Shown piece by piece: positions 38,174 to 46,045 of a stretch of 64,000 nucleotides of DNA. A model generated the notes under the pieces. It was not told where the DNA came from. It saw nothing but the letters and a program-made list of their open reading frames with translations, and did no database searches. The stretch is taken from positions 16,676 through 80,675 of the IMG/VR virus record IMGVR_UViG_2903468256_000002. One strand, written 5' to 3'. The DNA is from a virus (lineage: Duplodnaviria; Caudoviricetes). A program made the translations under genes and the position numbers. Every line of letters starts with the position of its first letter. The stretch's first letter is position 1.

Positions 38174-38430
38174 TGACCTATCGGATCACTTATACAAGCG
38201 GCATCGAAGTCGATGTCGAGGCGTCTCGCATCGAGGACGACGGCATCTCAACCAAACTGTTTCGCGATGACGGCTCGGTGGCGCTTTGGGTCACCGATTG
38301 CGAAATAGTTTGCTGCGCGCCGGTCGGTGATTTTGCACCTGATGTATTCGACGTTGGGGAGACGCAGCAAGGCGTCGTCCTGTTGAACGAAGCCGGTGAG
38401 GTGCTCGCCGCTTACCGAAATTATCAATGA
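38170..38430 (+). CDS. Small acidic protein after tip cassettes (possible chaperone)
   Basis: ATGA overlap, start MMTYRI. Confidence 0.55.
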   Translation: MMTYRITYTSGIEVDVEASRIEDDGISTKLFRDDGSVALWVTDCEIVCCAPVGDFAPDVFDVGETQQGVVLLNEAGEVLAAYRNYQ

Positions 38431-38495
38431 AGAGGAGTTCAAAATGAGCACGATTGCCCTGCAACCTTTGACCCCATTTTTATGTTTCCTTCGAC

Positions 38496-38672
38496 ATGAA
38501 ACGTAACAAGGGTATCATCGCCTACGGCACCGACGAGGACCGCGCCAAGCTCGCGGTTCTCTCCAGCCTGTCAGGCAAAACAGCCTCCGACTGGATTGTC
38601 CAGGAGGTCCGGAAACAATACGCCGCGGCTTTCGGCGAGACACCTCCTGAGCGCATCATAGCGCAGCAGTAG
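38496..38672 (+). CDS. Second RHH-like small DNA-binding protein (58 aa)
   Basis: Not in the ORF track; MKRNKGIIAYGTDEDRAKLAVLSSLSGKTASDWIVQEVRKQY (strand-helix-helix). Confidence 0.6.
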   Translation: MKRNKGIIAYGTDEDRAKLAVLSSLSGKTASDWIVQEVRKQYAAAFGETPPERIIAQQ

Positions 38673-38724
38673 CACCGAACAAAACCTTGCGTCCGGCCTT
38701 ATATTGGCTGGAGGTTTTCAGGGT

Positions 38725-39075
38725 ATGTTCATGTCTTCAGAAGAGCTCAAAGGTGTTGTCGTCAACGGCAAGGTCATCTCGGCCATTGTCGGCTGCATCA
38801 GTATCATCGGTGTGCTCTTCAGCTCGGTCGGCTATGTGACCTATCAAGGCTTCGAGCTCACCCAGGCCAAGGAAGACCTTGCCAAACTGGAGACGAAAGT
38901 CGACACCCAGGTGGCCAAGCTTCAGGCCCAACTCGAGGCCTCAAATCAACAGAGCCGTCAGGACTTCAAGCAGATCCTGGACCAGGTTCAAAACCTGACC
39001 GGTGAGGTCACCAAGCTGACGATCGCGGTGGGCAACGTCCAATACAAACAGGACAACACCCCTCCCAAGCAGTGA
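38725..39075 (+). CDS. Single-TM coiled-coil lysis-region protein (holin/antiholin candidate)
   Basis: TM VISAIVGCISIIGVLFSSVGYVTY then heptad-rich C-terminus; GGAGG SD. Confidence 0.6.
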   Translation: MFMSSEELKGVVVNGKVISAIVGCISIIGVLFSSVGYVTYQGFELTQAKEDLAKLETKVDTQVAKLQAQLEASNQQSRQDFKQILDQVQNLTGEVTKLTIAVGNVQYKQDNTPPKQ

Positions 39076-39092
39076 TGCACAGCGCAGCACAG
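39073..39092 (+). promoter_or_regulatory. Motif B site upstream of holin
   Basis: TGATGCACAG followed directly by the variant CGCAGCACAG. Confidence 0.45.
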
Positions 39093-39132
39093 CTGGCCAA
39101 ACACCAGCTGGCTCCGGCCCCATATAGGGGCC

Positions 39133-39363
39133 ATGAAGACGCGACTACACCCTGACTGGAAGAAGAAGCTGCGACACGCCTGGAGCGTGCGCTTCATCGC
39201 GCTCGCTGCCGTCCTGGCGGGCATGGAGGCGATGCTCCCGTATCTGCCGGCCTTCCTGACGCTCTCACCACAGGTGATGGGCGTCCTCACGGGTCTGGTC
39301 GTGGCCGGGGCCTTCATCAGCAACGTCTTCGTCAGCCAAAAGGTTTTCCGGGATGCCGATTAA
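39133..39363 (+). CDS. Holin
   Basis: WKKKLRHAWSVRFIALAA pattern, two TM segments, directly before endolysin. Confidence 0.75.
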   Translation: MKTRLHPDWKKKLRHAWSVRFIALAAVLAGMEAMLPYLPAFLTLSPQVMGVLTGLVVAGAFISNVFVSQKVFRDAD

Positions 39364-39970
39364 CAAGATCAAATCGTCCGGCCGCGCCAAGGCCGCCATC
39401 GCAGCTGTGTTGGCGATCTCCACCATGGCCAGCGGGGTCCTGATGGCCAAGAAGCCCGGTGAGGAGCCCATGCCGGCTGCCGTCACCCTGGCGGTGGACA
39501 ATGCCATCATGCCGTGGGAGGGCCTGGTGCTTGCCTCGCACTGGGACAAGTTTTCGAAGCGGTATGACATCTGCCACGGTGATACGCTGATCAACGGCAA
39601 GCCCGTGGTCCCTGGTATGCGTTTTACCAAGGAAGAATGCTACGAGATCCTGCTCCGGCGCGTCTACAACGACTATTACAAGCCGCTGACGAAGTGCATC
39701 GCTGACTTCGACAAGAAGCCGATCACGCTCCAGGCGATGCTGATCTCCGGCGCCTACAATTTCGGCCCGAACGGCACCGCCAAGAAGCCTGGTGTCTGTC
39801 AGTCGACGGCTGCCCGATTGACCCGCCAGGGCGACTACCACGCTGCCTGTCTGGCGATGACCGTCTACAACAAGGCCGGCGGCAAGGTCGTTAAGGGCCT
39901 CGTCAACCGCCGCGAGATGGGCGATGCCCAGCGCATAGGTGAGGCTGAACTCTGCGTGTCGGGGCTCTGA
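39353..39970 (+). CDS. SAR endolysin, GH24 lysozyme
   Basis: N-terminal Ala-rich SAR; EG..........DICHGDT catalytic region; AYNFG; GLVNRRE. Confidence 0.85.
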   Translation: MPINKIKSSGRAKAAIAAVLAISTMASGVLMAKKPGEEPMPAAVTLAVDNAIMPWEGLVLASHWDKFSKRYDICHGDTLINGKPVVPGMRFTKEECYEILLRRVYNDYYKPLTKCIADFDKKPITLQAMLISGAYNFGPNGTAKKPGVCQSTAARLTRQGDYHAACLAMTVYNKAGGKVVKGLVNRREMGDAQRIGEAELCVSGL

Positions 39971-40284
39971 TGCCGACCTGGTTGTCACTCCTGCTGCTCC
40001 GCGCCGCCGTCTGTGTTGGCATCTTCCTGGTCGGCGTCGGCTACGGCTGGACGAAATTCGAGAAGGCGGCCGAGATCGCCGGACTTAAAACCCAGATCAC
40101 GCAGCTGCAAACCAACATCGCGATCCTTGAGGCCGACTCCAGCCAGGCTGTGGTCGATGCCGAGAAGCTCGCCCAATACGACAAGAACACAAAGGAGCAG
40201 CGTGATGCAATCACGCCTAAGCCGCGCACTACCTGTTTTGATGGTGATGCTGCTGACCGGCTGCGCAACCTCTGGAAAGGTTGA
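39970..40284 (+). CDS. i-spanin (Rz-like)
   Basis: N-terminal TM plus coiled coil, C-terminal Cys. Confidence 0.7.
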   Translation: MPTWLSLLLLRAAVCVGIFLVGVGYGWTKFEKAAEIAGLKTQITQLQTNIAILEADSSQAVVDAEKLAQYDKNTKEQRDAITPKPRTTCFDGDAADRLRNLWKG

Positions 40285-40516
40285 GCTGCCCAACGTCCCC
40301 GAGGACATTCGTCACTGCTTCGACAAGGAGGTCGGGCCGTTCCCGGCCGGCGTGTCGATCGACGACCTGATGGTCTTCGACAAGATCGACGAGTTCATCC
40401 GCTCGGACAAGACCAAGTCGGCCTGCGGGAAGCGCCTGATCGCGATCGTGGATGCGGCCCACGATCCGAAGATCCTGGCCAAGCTGTTGCGCGAGACTCC
40501 GCCACGCACTAAATAG
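40205..40516 (+). CDS. o-spanin (Rz1-like lipoprotein)
   Basis: Overlaps i-spanin in another frame; lipobox LLTG-C; LPNVPEDIRHC. Confidence 0.75.
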   Translation: MQSRLSRALPVLMVMLLTGCATSGKVELPNVPEDIRHCFDKEVGPFPAGVSIDDLMVFDKIDEFIRSDKTKSACGKRLIAIVDAAHDPKILAKLLRETPPRTK

Positions 40517-40521
40517 GTCTT

Positions 40522-40532
40522 CCTATAGTATC
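40522..40532 (+). promoter_or_regulatory. Motif A site (CCTATAGTATC)
   Basis: GCACTAAATAGGTCTTCCTATAGTATCG, 9 nt before ATG 40542. Confidence 0.55.
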
Positions 40533-40541
40533 GGGGGGCCC

Positions 40542-40835
40542 ATGAAGAAGCTTATCGTCGCAGTCGCCATTCTCGCCGCGGGCACGGGCCTCGCGTTCGC
40601 CGTCAAAGGATCTGGGCCGACCCAGCAGCAGATCGAGGATGGTATAGCCGGCACCTGGAACGTCCAGCAGGTGGCCTCGTCCTCCTGGGACGATGACAAG
40701 CTGATGGTCCTGGTCTCCTGGAAGGATCTCACGAAGGGCAACTCGGCTGCGGACCAGCTCTGCCAGACCTTCCCCGTCAGCTCGATCGTCTGGGACGACA
40801 AGCTGGGCGAGCCTCACTCACACCACTGCAAGTGA
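40542..40835 (+). CDS. Small secreted/periplasmic protein
   Basis: Signal peptide MKKLIVAVAILAAGTGLAFA, two Cys. Confidence 0.7.
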   Translation: MKKLIVAVAILAAGTGLAFAVKGSGPTQQQIEDGIAGTWNVQQVASSSWDDDKLMVLVSWKDLTKGNSAADQLCQTFPVSSIVWDDKLGEPHSHHCK

Positions 40836-40845
40836 AAAGGGCTGA

Positions 40846-41112
40846 TCAGAGAAGACTTAGCTCTGGGTCGCTCATCGTTCTACTATCAACCACTAAAACA
40901 ATGGCGGGGGTTCCCCCGATTGGATCGGCAGGCCTGAAGTAACGCTTCTTCACTGAGTGCATTTTCTGACCGGTCGAGTAGGGCGGAAGCATAATTACAT
41001 CACCGATGTTGGGGATGTCTCCGAAATCGGATGCTAGATGACTTTCACTGTAATGGAGATGGCCGTGCTCATCCTCAGTGAAAAAAGCTAGGGTGACGGG
41101 TTTGTTGGGCAT
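40846..41112 (-). CDS. AT-richer accessory hypothetical protein
   Basis: Start MPNKPV; IPNIGDVI...V.KRYF pattern; atypical codons. Confidence 0.55.
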   Translation of the reverse strand: MPNKPVTLAFFTEDEHGHLHYSESHLASDFGDIPNIGDVIMLPPYSTGQKMHSVKKRYFRPADPIGGTPAIVLVVDSRTMSDPELSLL

Positions 41113-41170
41113 TTCTATCTGTTGCCTGTTTAGGGATTGTTTCGAGCCATACCTGCTAAACCCCCAATTG

Positions 41171-41194
41171 AAAAGGGCCGCTGACGCGGCCCTT
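41171..41194 (-). terminator. Terminator after RNR
   Basis: AAGGGCCGC-TGAC-GCGGCCCTT with A-run on the left. Confidence 0.7.
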
Positions 41195-41201
41195 CCATTT
41201 C

Positions 41202-43613
41202 TCACTTGTTGAAGTCGACGGGACACGCCCCGCCGGCGCAGTCGATGTGGACCTTGTCTACGTCCTCGGCCATCTGCTCGTTGATGGACGCCACGATCGC
41301 CTCGTAGCGCGCCTTGGTGAGCGGCTCCTCCGGCTGGTACTCGTAGGACAGGGTGTCGACCTGGGGCAGGACCGACACGGCGCGCACCAGATCGATGTTG
41401 CGGTCCATGACCTTCGAGTATTCCTTGAAGCTGACCTTCTTGGGATCGTATTTGAGGGTGTAGGAGACCTGGTTGCCGCCCTCGCGGCCGATCCAGAACG
41501 TCTCAAGCAGGCGGAGCCAGCGGAACTGCTCCTCCATCGTGGCCTCGCCGGCCGTGGTGACCTCTGGCATACCCATGCTGCAGATGACCGGCGCCGTGGG
41601 GAAGCCGATGATCGTCGTACCCTTGTAGCTCTGGAGCTCGCGGGTGGGGTATCCCTTGGCGGCGTACTCGGCCACCAGCGGGTCGTCAGAGCGGAACTGC
41701 ACCCAGCGGAGGTATTCCCGCAGCGGAGGCAGGTGAGCGCCCTCGGTGAGGCCAAACAGCTTGCTGGTCGTGCCGGCGGGCTTGATGGTCCTGCGCGTGT
41801 GGGGGAACGCCACGCCGAGATCCGCGCAATAGGTGCCGGCCTCTTCGTCGACGATGTTGGCCAGCTCCTTCATGCGGAGCCAAAACGGCATCGAGCGGAT
41901 GCTGGGCGCCGTCATTTGGTTGCCGTTGGCATCCTGGATCTGGATGCCGTCACCATCCATGGCGATCAGATCCTTGAAGGTCAGCCCGTACCGCTTCCAG
42001 GCCCACTCCAGGATGCCCGTCAACGAGACACCGATGCGGTTCGTGCGCGTGACCTCCTGCTGGTAGATGGAGGGCATCAGGTTGGTTCGGATAAGGGCGC
42101 GGGAGATATGGCGCACCGCCTGTTCTTCCTCCCGGCTGTCGCCGGCATGGAAGAGGGCCAGGTCGCCGATCACGCAGAAGCCGCCCAGGATGAAGAGGAC
42201 GATCTCACCGCAGGGGTTAACGATGAACTGATAGGGGTGATCGATGATGAGCTCGGCCAGGGCGAGCTGCATCTCGCGCATGACGTCGCCACCGAACTTG
42301 GCGAATGGGTAGACCAGATAGCGGTCGATGTCGGCCTTGTTGGCAGTGAGCTTCGAGACGTTGAGGAAGCCGGTCTCGCCAGTCTTGTCGTGGTACTGGC
42401 GGCGCTGCATCTGGGCGTTGAGGATGTAGGCCTTCTGCTCGAGCCCGGTCAGGGCAATGCCGTTACGCAGCATGTGCCTGGCCCTGCGGAGGCACTCGTA
42501 GAACTCGTCGTCGACCGCCACGGAGTTGTTGGAGGACCAGAGGAACGAGCCGTATTGCGGGAGGCCCGCCATAGCGTCGACCTCGTCCCAGCTCCGGCCA
42601 AGGAACTCGATCGGCCGCTTCAGGTCGATGAACTCGAGGATGTCCTTGTCTTTCCAGAACTTGGTCGCTATGCGCGCAGCACGGCGGGCGCCGCCGACGA
42701 GAACGCATTCGGCCAGATAGTGGTCGGCGAACATCGCAGCCTTCCAGCTGGCTATGTTCAGGCCACGCAGGCGAGCCACATTGGCGATGGCACCCATGAG
42801 CGGGCCCGGGCCGGAGGCCGGCCGGTTCTGCATGCCCTTGATCGGCTCACCGAAGCCGCGAACCTCGGTGAAGTCGAGGATGAGGACGTGCTCGGTCAGG
42901 CCCTTGTAGGTGGCGACCTCGATCTCCTCGACGGACTTCGCCCAACCCTCACGGCTGTCGCCGACCATGTGGTAGATCGTCTTCTCGCCGGCATAGAGGT
43001 GCATGGCCTCGCGCGGGGTCATGTAGCCGGTGATCCGGCCAGAGAGGACGTCGGGGTGGGTGTTGTCGATCACGCAGACCACGCGGGGCTGCTTGGTCCA
43101 ATCGACCAGCATCAGGGCGTCGTCGTAGCTCGATCCCACGCCGGAGCCCGAGAGCAGCAGCTGGAAGGTCATGGCGCGGAACATCGCGGTGGAGCAGTTG
43201 GTGAAGACCTCCATCGGGCGGTCCTTCTGCCGGATGTCGCCGTGCTGGAGATGCCGGCCGGACATCAGGATTGTTCCCTGCGCGATATGGTAGTTGAGCG
43301 GATCCAGGTCGTAGCAGTGTGGGTCGAGTGAGGCGTTGCCCTCGGCCACGCGTAGGGCGACGTCAGCCCAGGTCTCGCGCCGGGTGTCCGGCTTGCAGCC
43401 CATAAATGGTGCTTTGGGATCGTCGACGATCTTAATCAGGGGGAAGGTAAGGCTCAACGCAGACCACCAGGCTTTGTAGTCGGGGTCTTGTGGGTTGAGG
43501 TGGGAGCTCTTCCGATCGGCAAGGCGGGCCTTGGCTTCGTCGGTGAGAATGAGACGGGCGACAGTGCGTTCTGCCACACCCTGGCCCATTCCTGGCAAGA
43601 AATCTCGGGACAT
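41202..43613 (-). CDS. nrdJ: Class II (B12-dependent) ribonucleotide reductase
   Basis: FTNCS active-site Cys, NPCGEI finger loop, TIKPAGTTS, C-terminal CAGGAC; no NrdB small subunit seen. Confidence 0.85.
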   Translation of the reverse strand: MSRDFLPGMGQGVAERTVARLILTDEAKARLADRKSSHLNPQDPDYKAWWSALSLTFPLIKIVDDPKAPFMGCKPDTRRETWADVALRVAEGNASLDPHCYDLDPLNYHIAQGTILMSGRHLQHGDIRQKDRPMEVFTNCSTAMFRAMTFQLLLSGSGVGSSYDDALMLVDWTKQPRVVCVIDNTHPDVLSGRITGYMTPREAMHLYAGEKTIYHMVGDSREGWAKSVEEIEVATYKGLTEHVLILDFTEVRGFGEPIKGMQNRPASGPGPLMGAIANVARLRGLNIASWKAAMFADHYLAECVLVGGARRAARIATKFWKDKDILEFIDLKRPIEFLGRSWDEVDAMAGLPQYGSFLWSSNNSVAVDDEFYECLRRARHMLRNGIALTGLEQKAYILNAQMQRRQYHDKTGETGFLNVSKLTANKADIDRYLVYPFAKFGGDVMREMQLALAELIIDHPYQFIVNPCGEIVLFILGGFCVIGDLALFHAGDSREEEQAVRHISRALIRTNLMPSIYQQEVTRTNRIGVSLTGILEWAWKRYGLTFKDLIAMDGDGIQIQDANGNQMTAPSIRSMPFWLRMKELANIVDEEAGTYCADLGVAFPHTRRTIKPAGTTSKLFGLTEGAHLPPLREYLRWVQFRSDDPLVAEYAAKGYPTRELQSYKGTTIIGFPTAPVICSMGMPEVTTAGEATMEEQFRWLRLLETFWIGREGGNQVSYTLKYDPKKVSFKEYSKVMDRNIDLVRAVSVLPQVDTLSYEYQPEEPLTKARYEAIVASINEQMAEDVDKVHIDCAGGACPVDFNK

Positions 43614-43689
43614 AAAAAACCTCTCAGTTCGGTAGGAACTGAGAGGTAGGAAATCAAAATCTTGTATGTGAGTGATGCGTTTTGCTCAC

Positions 43690-43700
43690 CCTATAGTATC
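43690..43700 (+). promoter_or_regulatory. Motif A site (CCTATAGTATC), antisense to local genes
   Basis: CTCACCCTATAGTATC, 77 nt upstream of the nrdJ start. Confidence 0.5.
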
Positions 43701-44268
43701 AGAACTTTTTGCCGTGGATGCCCTTGCGGTGTTCGACGGTGTGGTCCTTCCTGACCTTGTTGAAGGCCGTCTTCTCATGATAGGCGCCGTTCAGGTCGTA
43801 GTTCCATTTGCGAGCGTACTCCTGGATGCGCTCCAGCGTGTTGTAGAGCTGCTCGCCAATCGCCTTCTTGATCTCGGGGAAATAATCGCCGTCGTTCGCG
43901 CAGAAATCCCCCAGCTCCGCGACCATCTTCGAGATATCGAAGAGAGCTGCACCCTTGTTGTCAGACAACGGGTAGTCGGGGTCGTTGTTGCCCTGCCGGA
44001 TGTCGTAGCCATACGCGCCGGCGAAGTCACCCAGCCGGATGACGGCGTCGACCAGCTCGACCTCGGCCGCGGGGCGATGAGGCAGCTTGTCGTCCATCAG
44101 GTTCTTGCGCTCGCCTTCCATCGCCTCGGCGATCTCGGAAACGACGAGCATCAGCAGCTCGTCCTTTTCGCGGTCAAGGCGCGCGCCGGTCTCCAGATCG
44201 TGCCACCATTTGGCGTTGTTCTGGTGGCATTCGTAGGCGAGTTGGTTGTAAGAAAGTCCGTTGATCAT
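43699..44268 (-). CDS. MazG-like (all-alpha) NTP pyrophosphohydrolase
   Basis: LMLVVSEIAEAMEG.RK...EVELVDAVIR; C-terminal EKTAFN..R.DH; start reassigned to MINGLS. Confidence 0.8.
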   Translation of the reverse strand: MINGLSYNQLAYECHQNNAKWWHDLETGARLDREKDELLMLVVSEIAEAMEGERKNLMDDKLPHRPAAEVELVDAVIRLGDFAGAYGYDIRQGNNDPDYPLSDNKGAALFDISKMVAELGDFCANDGDYFPEIKKAIGEQLYNTLERIQEYARKWNYDLNGAYHEKTAFNKVRKDHTVEHRKGIHGKKF

Positions 44269-44462
44269 TCGAAGCCTCGTTTGATAAGCGCTGCCACCAC
44301 AATGCCTGTCCAGGCACCGGCGGCGAGCGCGGGGTTCTGCATGTCGAAGGGGGAGGGAAAGGTGAGCCACAGGCCGTACGCGATGACGCCGGCCAGTGGG
44401 GGCACCACGATCATGGCGATGAGCGCCGTAATCGTGGTGAAGATCTCAACGACCTTGTTCAC
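44265..44462 (-). CDS. Small two-TM membrane protein
   Basis: Two hydrophobic helices; coupled overlaps on both sides. Confidence 0.65.
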   Translation of the reverse strand: MNKVVEIFTTITALIAMIVVPPLAGVIAYGLWLTFPSPFDMQNPALAAGAWTGIVVAALIKRGFE

Positions 44463-45052
44463 AGCGGCGGATTGTACGGCCAGGGTGGGAAGCTGCCGTC
44501 CATCGCGACGAAGCCGTCGAAGGCGACCGAGCCCTCCACGATGGGGATCTCCGTGCCGATCGGCGCGTCGTTGACGGGCGGTTCGCCCATCAGGTTCCGC
44601 ACGGTCTCTTCCGAGATCTCATCCAAGGCGATTGTGACCTTGAGCTCGTCCTGCTGGCGCTGACGGAGACGCTCCTTGTGGACCGCCTTCAGGCGCTCGA
44701 CCCATTCCTCTCCCTGGTGCAGGAGATCGGCCTCGACCGGCGAGTGCCGGCGGTTGTCGATCAGCGTGCCGTGGGCCGCTGCGTCGATCAGGATCGTGCA
44801 GCACGCCATGACGGCGCCCAGGTTCTTGACCAGGGTGTCGCGGGTCAGTTCCTCGCCGACCTTGTAGAGCTCCAGATGCCTGAGCGCTGCCTCGACATAG
44901 GTCATTGCCTCGACCTGGGTGTCGCGCCAGTTGTGGGGGTCGTACTTCAGGAGACCGTCGTAGAGGGCCTCCATGCAGGCGAGCTTGGCCGAGAGCGGGA
45001 AGTAGCCGAGCGGTGGCTTCTTGTCGCCGAAGGCTTGCTTGGGATTAGACAT
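44459..45052 (-). CDS. dATP/dGTP diphosphohydrolase-domain protein (DUF5664-like)
   Basis: NPK..FGDKKPPL...G..KY..HNWR...Y..AALRHL...E....D...NLG..MAC. Confidence 0.75.
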   Translation of the reverse strand: MSNPKQAFGDKKPPLGYFPLSAKLACMEALYDGLLKYDPHNWRDTQVEAMTYVEAALRHLELYKVGEELTRDTLVKNLGAVMACCTILIDAAAHGTLIDNRRHSPVEADLLHQGEEWVERLKAVHKERLRQRQQDELKVTIALDEISEETVRNLMGEPPVNDAPIGTEIPIVEGSVAFDGFVAMDGSFPPWPYNPPL

Positions 45053-45648
45053 CAGAGCACCTCCGCCAGAGTGTCGATCCAGGTGACCATGTCGTCCCCG
45101 ATCTCGTGGGGGTTCACGACGAATGCCCTGTGGGCCCCGATCTCGTGCTTCCTGTTGTGGGGCCGTCGCAAGATGAACGTCTTGTGACCAGCGGCTTGAC
45201 CGATGAGGGCGTTCTTGTAGTTGTCCTCGATCCAGATGCCAGGGCGCAGAACCTCAAGCCACTGGGACTTGGACTGGCCGAGAGGCAGGCAGATCACACG
45301 CGGAAAGACATCGCCGAAGCAGTCCCTGAGGTTCTTGACCCGGAGATCAACAATGTTTGGATCGTCCGAGCAGCTGGTGAGGACCGTCAGGGTGTGTCCC
45401 TCGTCCTTCAGTTGCCTGACCATTTCCAGAGCGTCATCGTACGGCTTCAGCTGACCGAAGGCCGGGGACGAGTTGAAGACCTCGATCAAGCGGAGCGTTG
45501 CCGCGTCTTCGATACCAATCCACTCAGCCATGGACCAATCACGCGGCCTTGGCTCGGCAGGTGCATGTCCAATCCCCACGAGGAAATCGCGGAAACCCCC
45601 GACCCAGTCGAGCAGTACGTCGTCGCAATCAAAGATGAAGTGCTTCAT
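45052..45648 (-). CDS. HAD-family deoxyribonucleotidase
   Basis: FDCDDVLLDW motif I, LTS motif II, WIEDNYKN motif IV. Confidence 0.8.
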   Translation of the reverse strand: MKHFIFDCDDVLLDWVGGFRDFLVGIGHAPAEPRPRDWSMAEWIGIEDAATLRLIEVFNSSPAFGQLKPYDDALEMVRQLKDEGHTLTVLTSCSDDPNIVDLRVKNLRDCFGDVFPRVICLPLGQSKSQWLEVLRPGIWIEDNYKNALIGQAAGHKTFILRRPHNRKHEIGAHRAFVVNPHEIGDDMVTWIDTLAEVL

Positions 45649-45652
45649 GGCA

Positions 45653-46045
45653 TTAGCTCCCATGGAAGAACCTCCGCGGCGCGGTGGGTCGACGGCGGGG
45701 GATCAGGTACTGGACGACCCAGCCCTGGTCGATCGACTGGCACATCTCGTGGGTGCCCTGATCGAACTTGTGACGGGCGTCCTTCAACACCTCGTCGAAC
45801 TCTGCTGTCCATTCGGTGCCGCAACGCTTGATCGCGACAACGTACTGGCGTGCATGGGGCCGGCCGAGCTCCTTGATGTCGTCCGGGCGCGGGCATGCAG
45901 GCGGGAGGGTGGAGATTGCTGTTGGGCCGTAGCGGGCCACCAGCGAGTGGTACGGGAGACCCAGACGACGGGCGACCATCGATAGATTGCCGCCCGTCTT
46001 CCGGATCTCCTCTTCAACTAGTCCGTCAATTAATGTTCTTTTCAT
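45653..46045 (-). CDS. Fis-like HTH protein
   Basis: GGNLSMVARRLGLPYHSL. Confidence 0.65.
   Translation of the reverse strand: MKRTLIDGLVEEEIRKTGGNLSMVARRLGLPYHSLVARYGPTAISTLPPACPRPDDIKELGRPHARQYVVAIKRCGTEWTAEFDEVLKDARHKFDQGTHEMCQSIDQGWVVQYLIPRRRPTAPRRFFHGS

Noticed and set aside
44459-45052. Calling this a 2-aminoadenine (Z-genome) phage
   Set aside because: No PurZ or HD-domain DatZ is visible; the DUF5664-like gene alone is insufficient.
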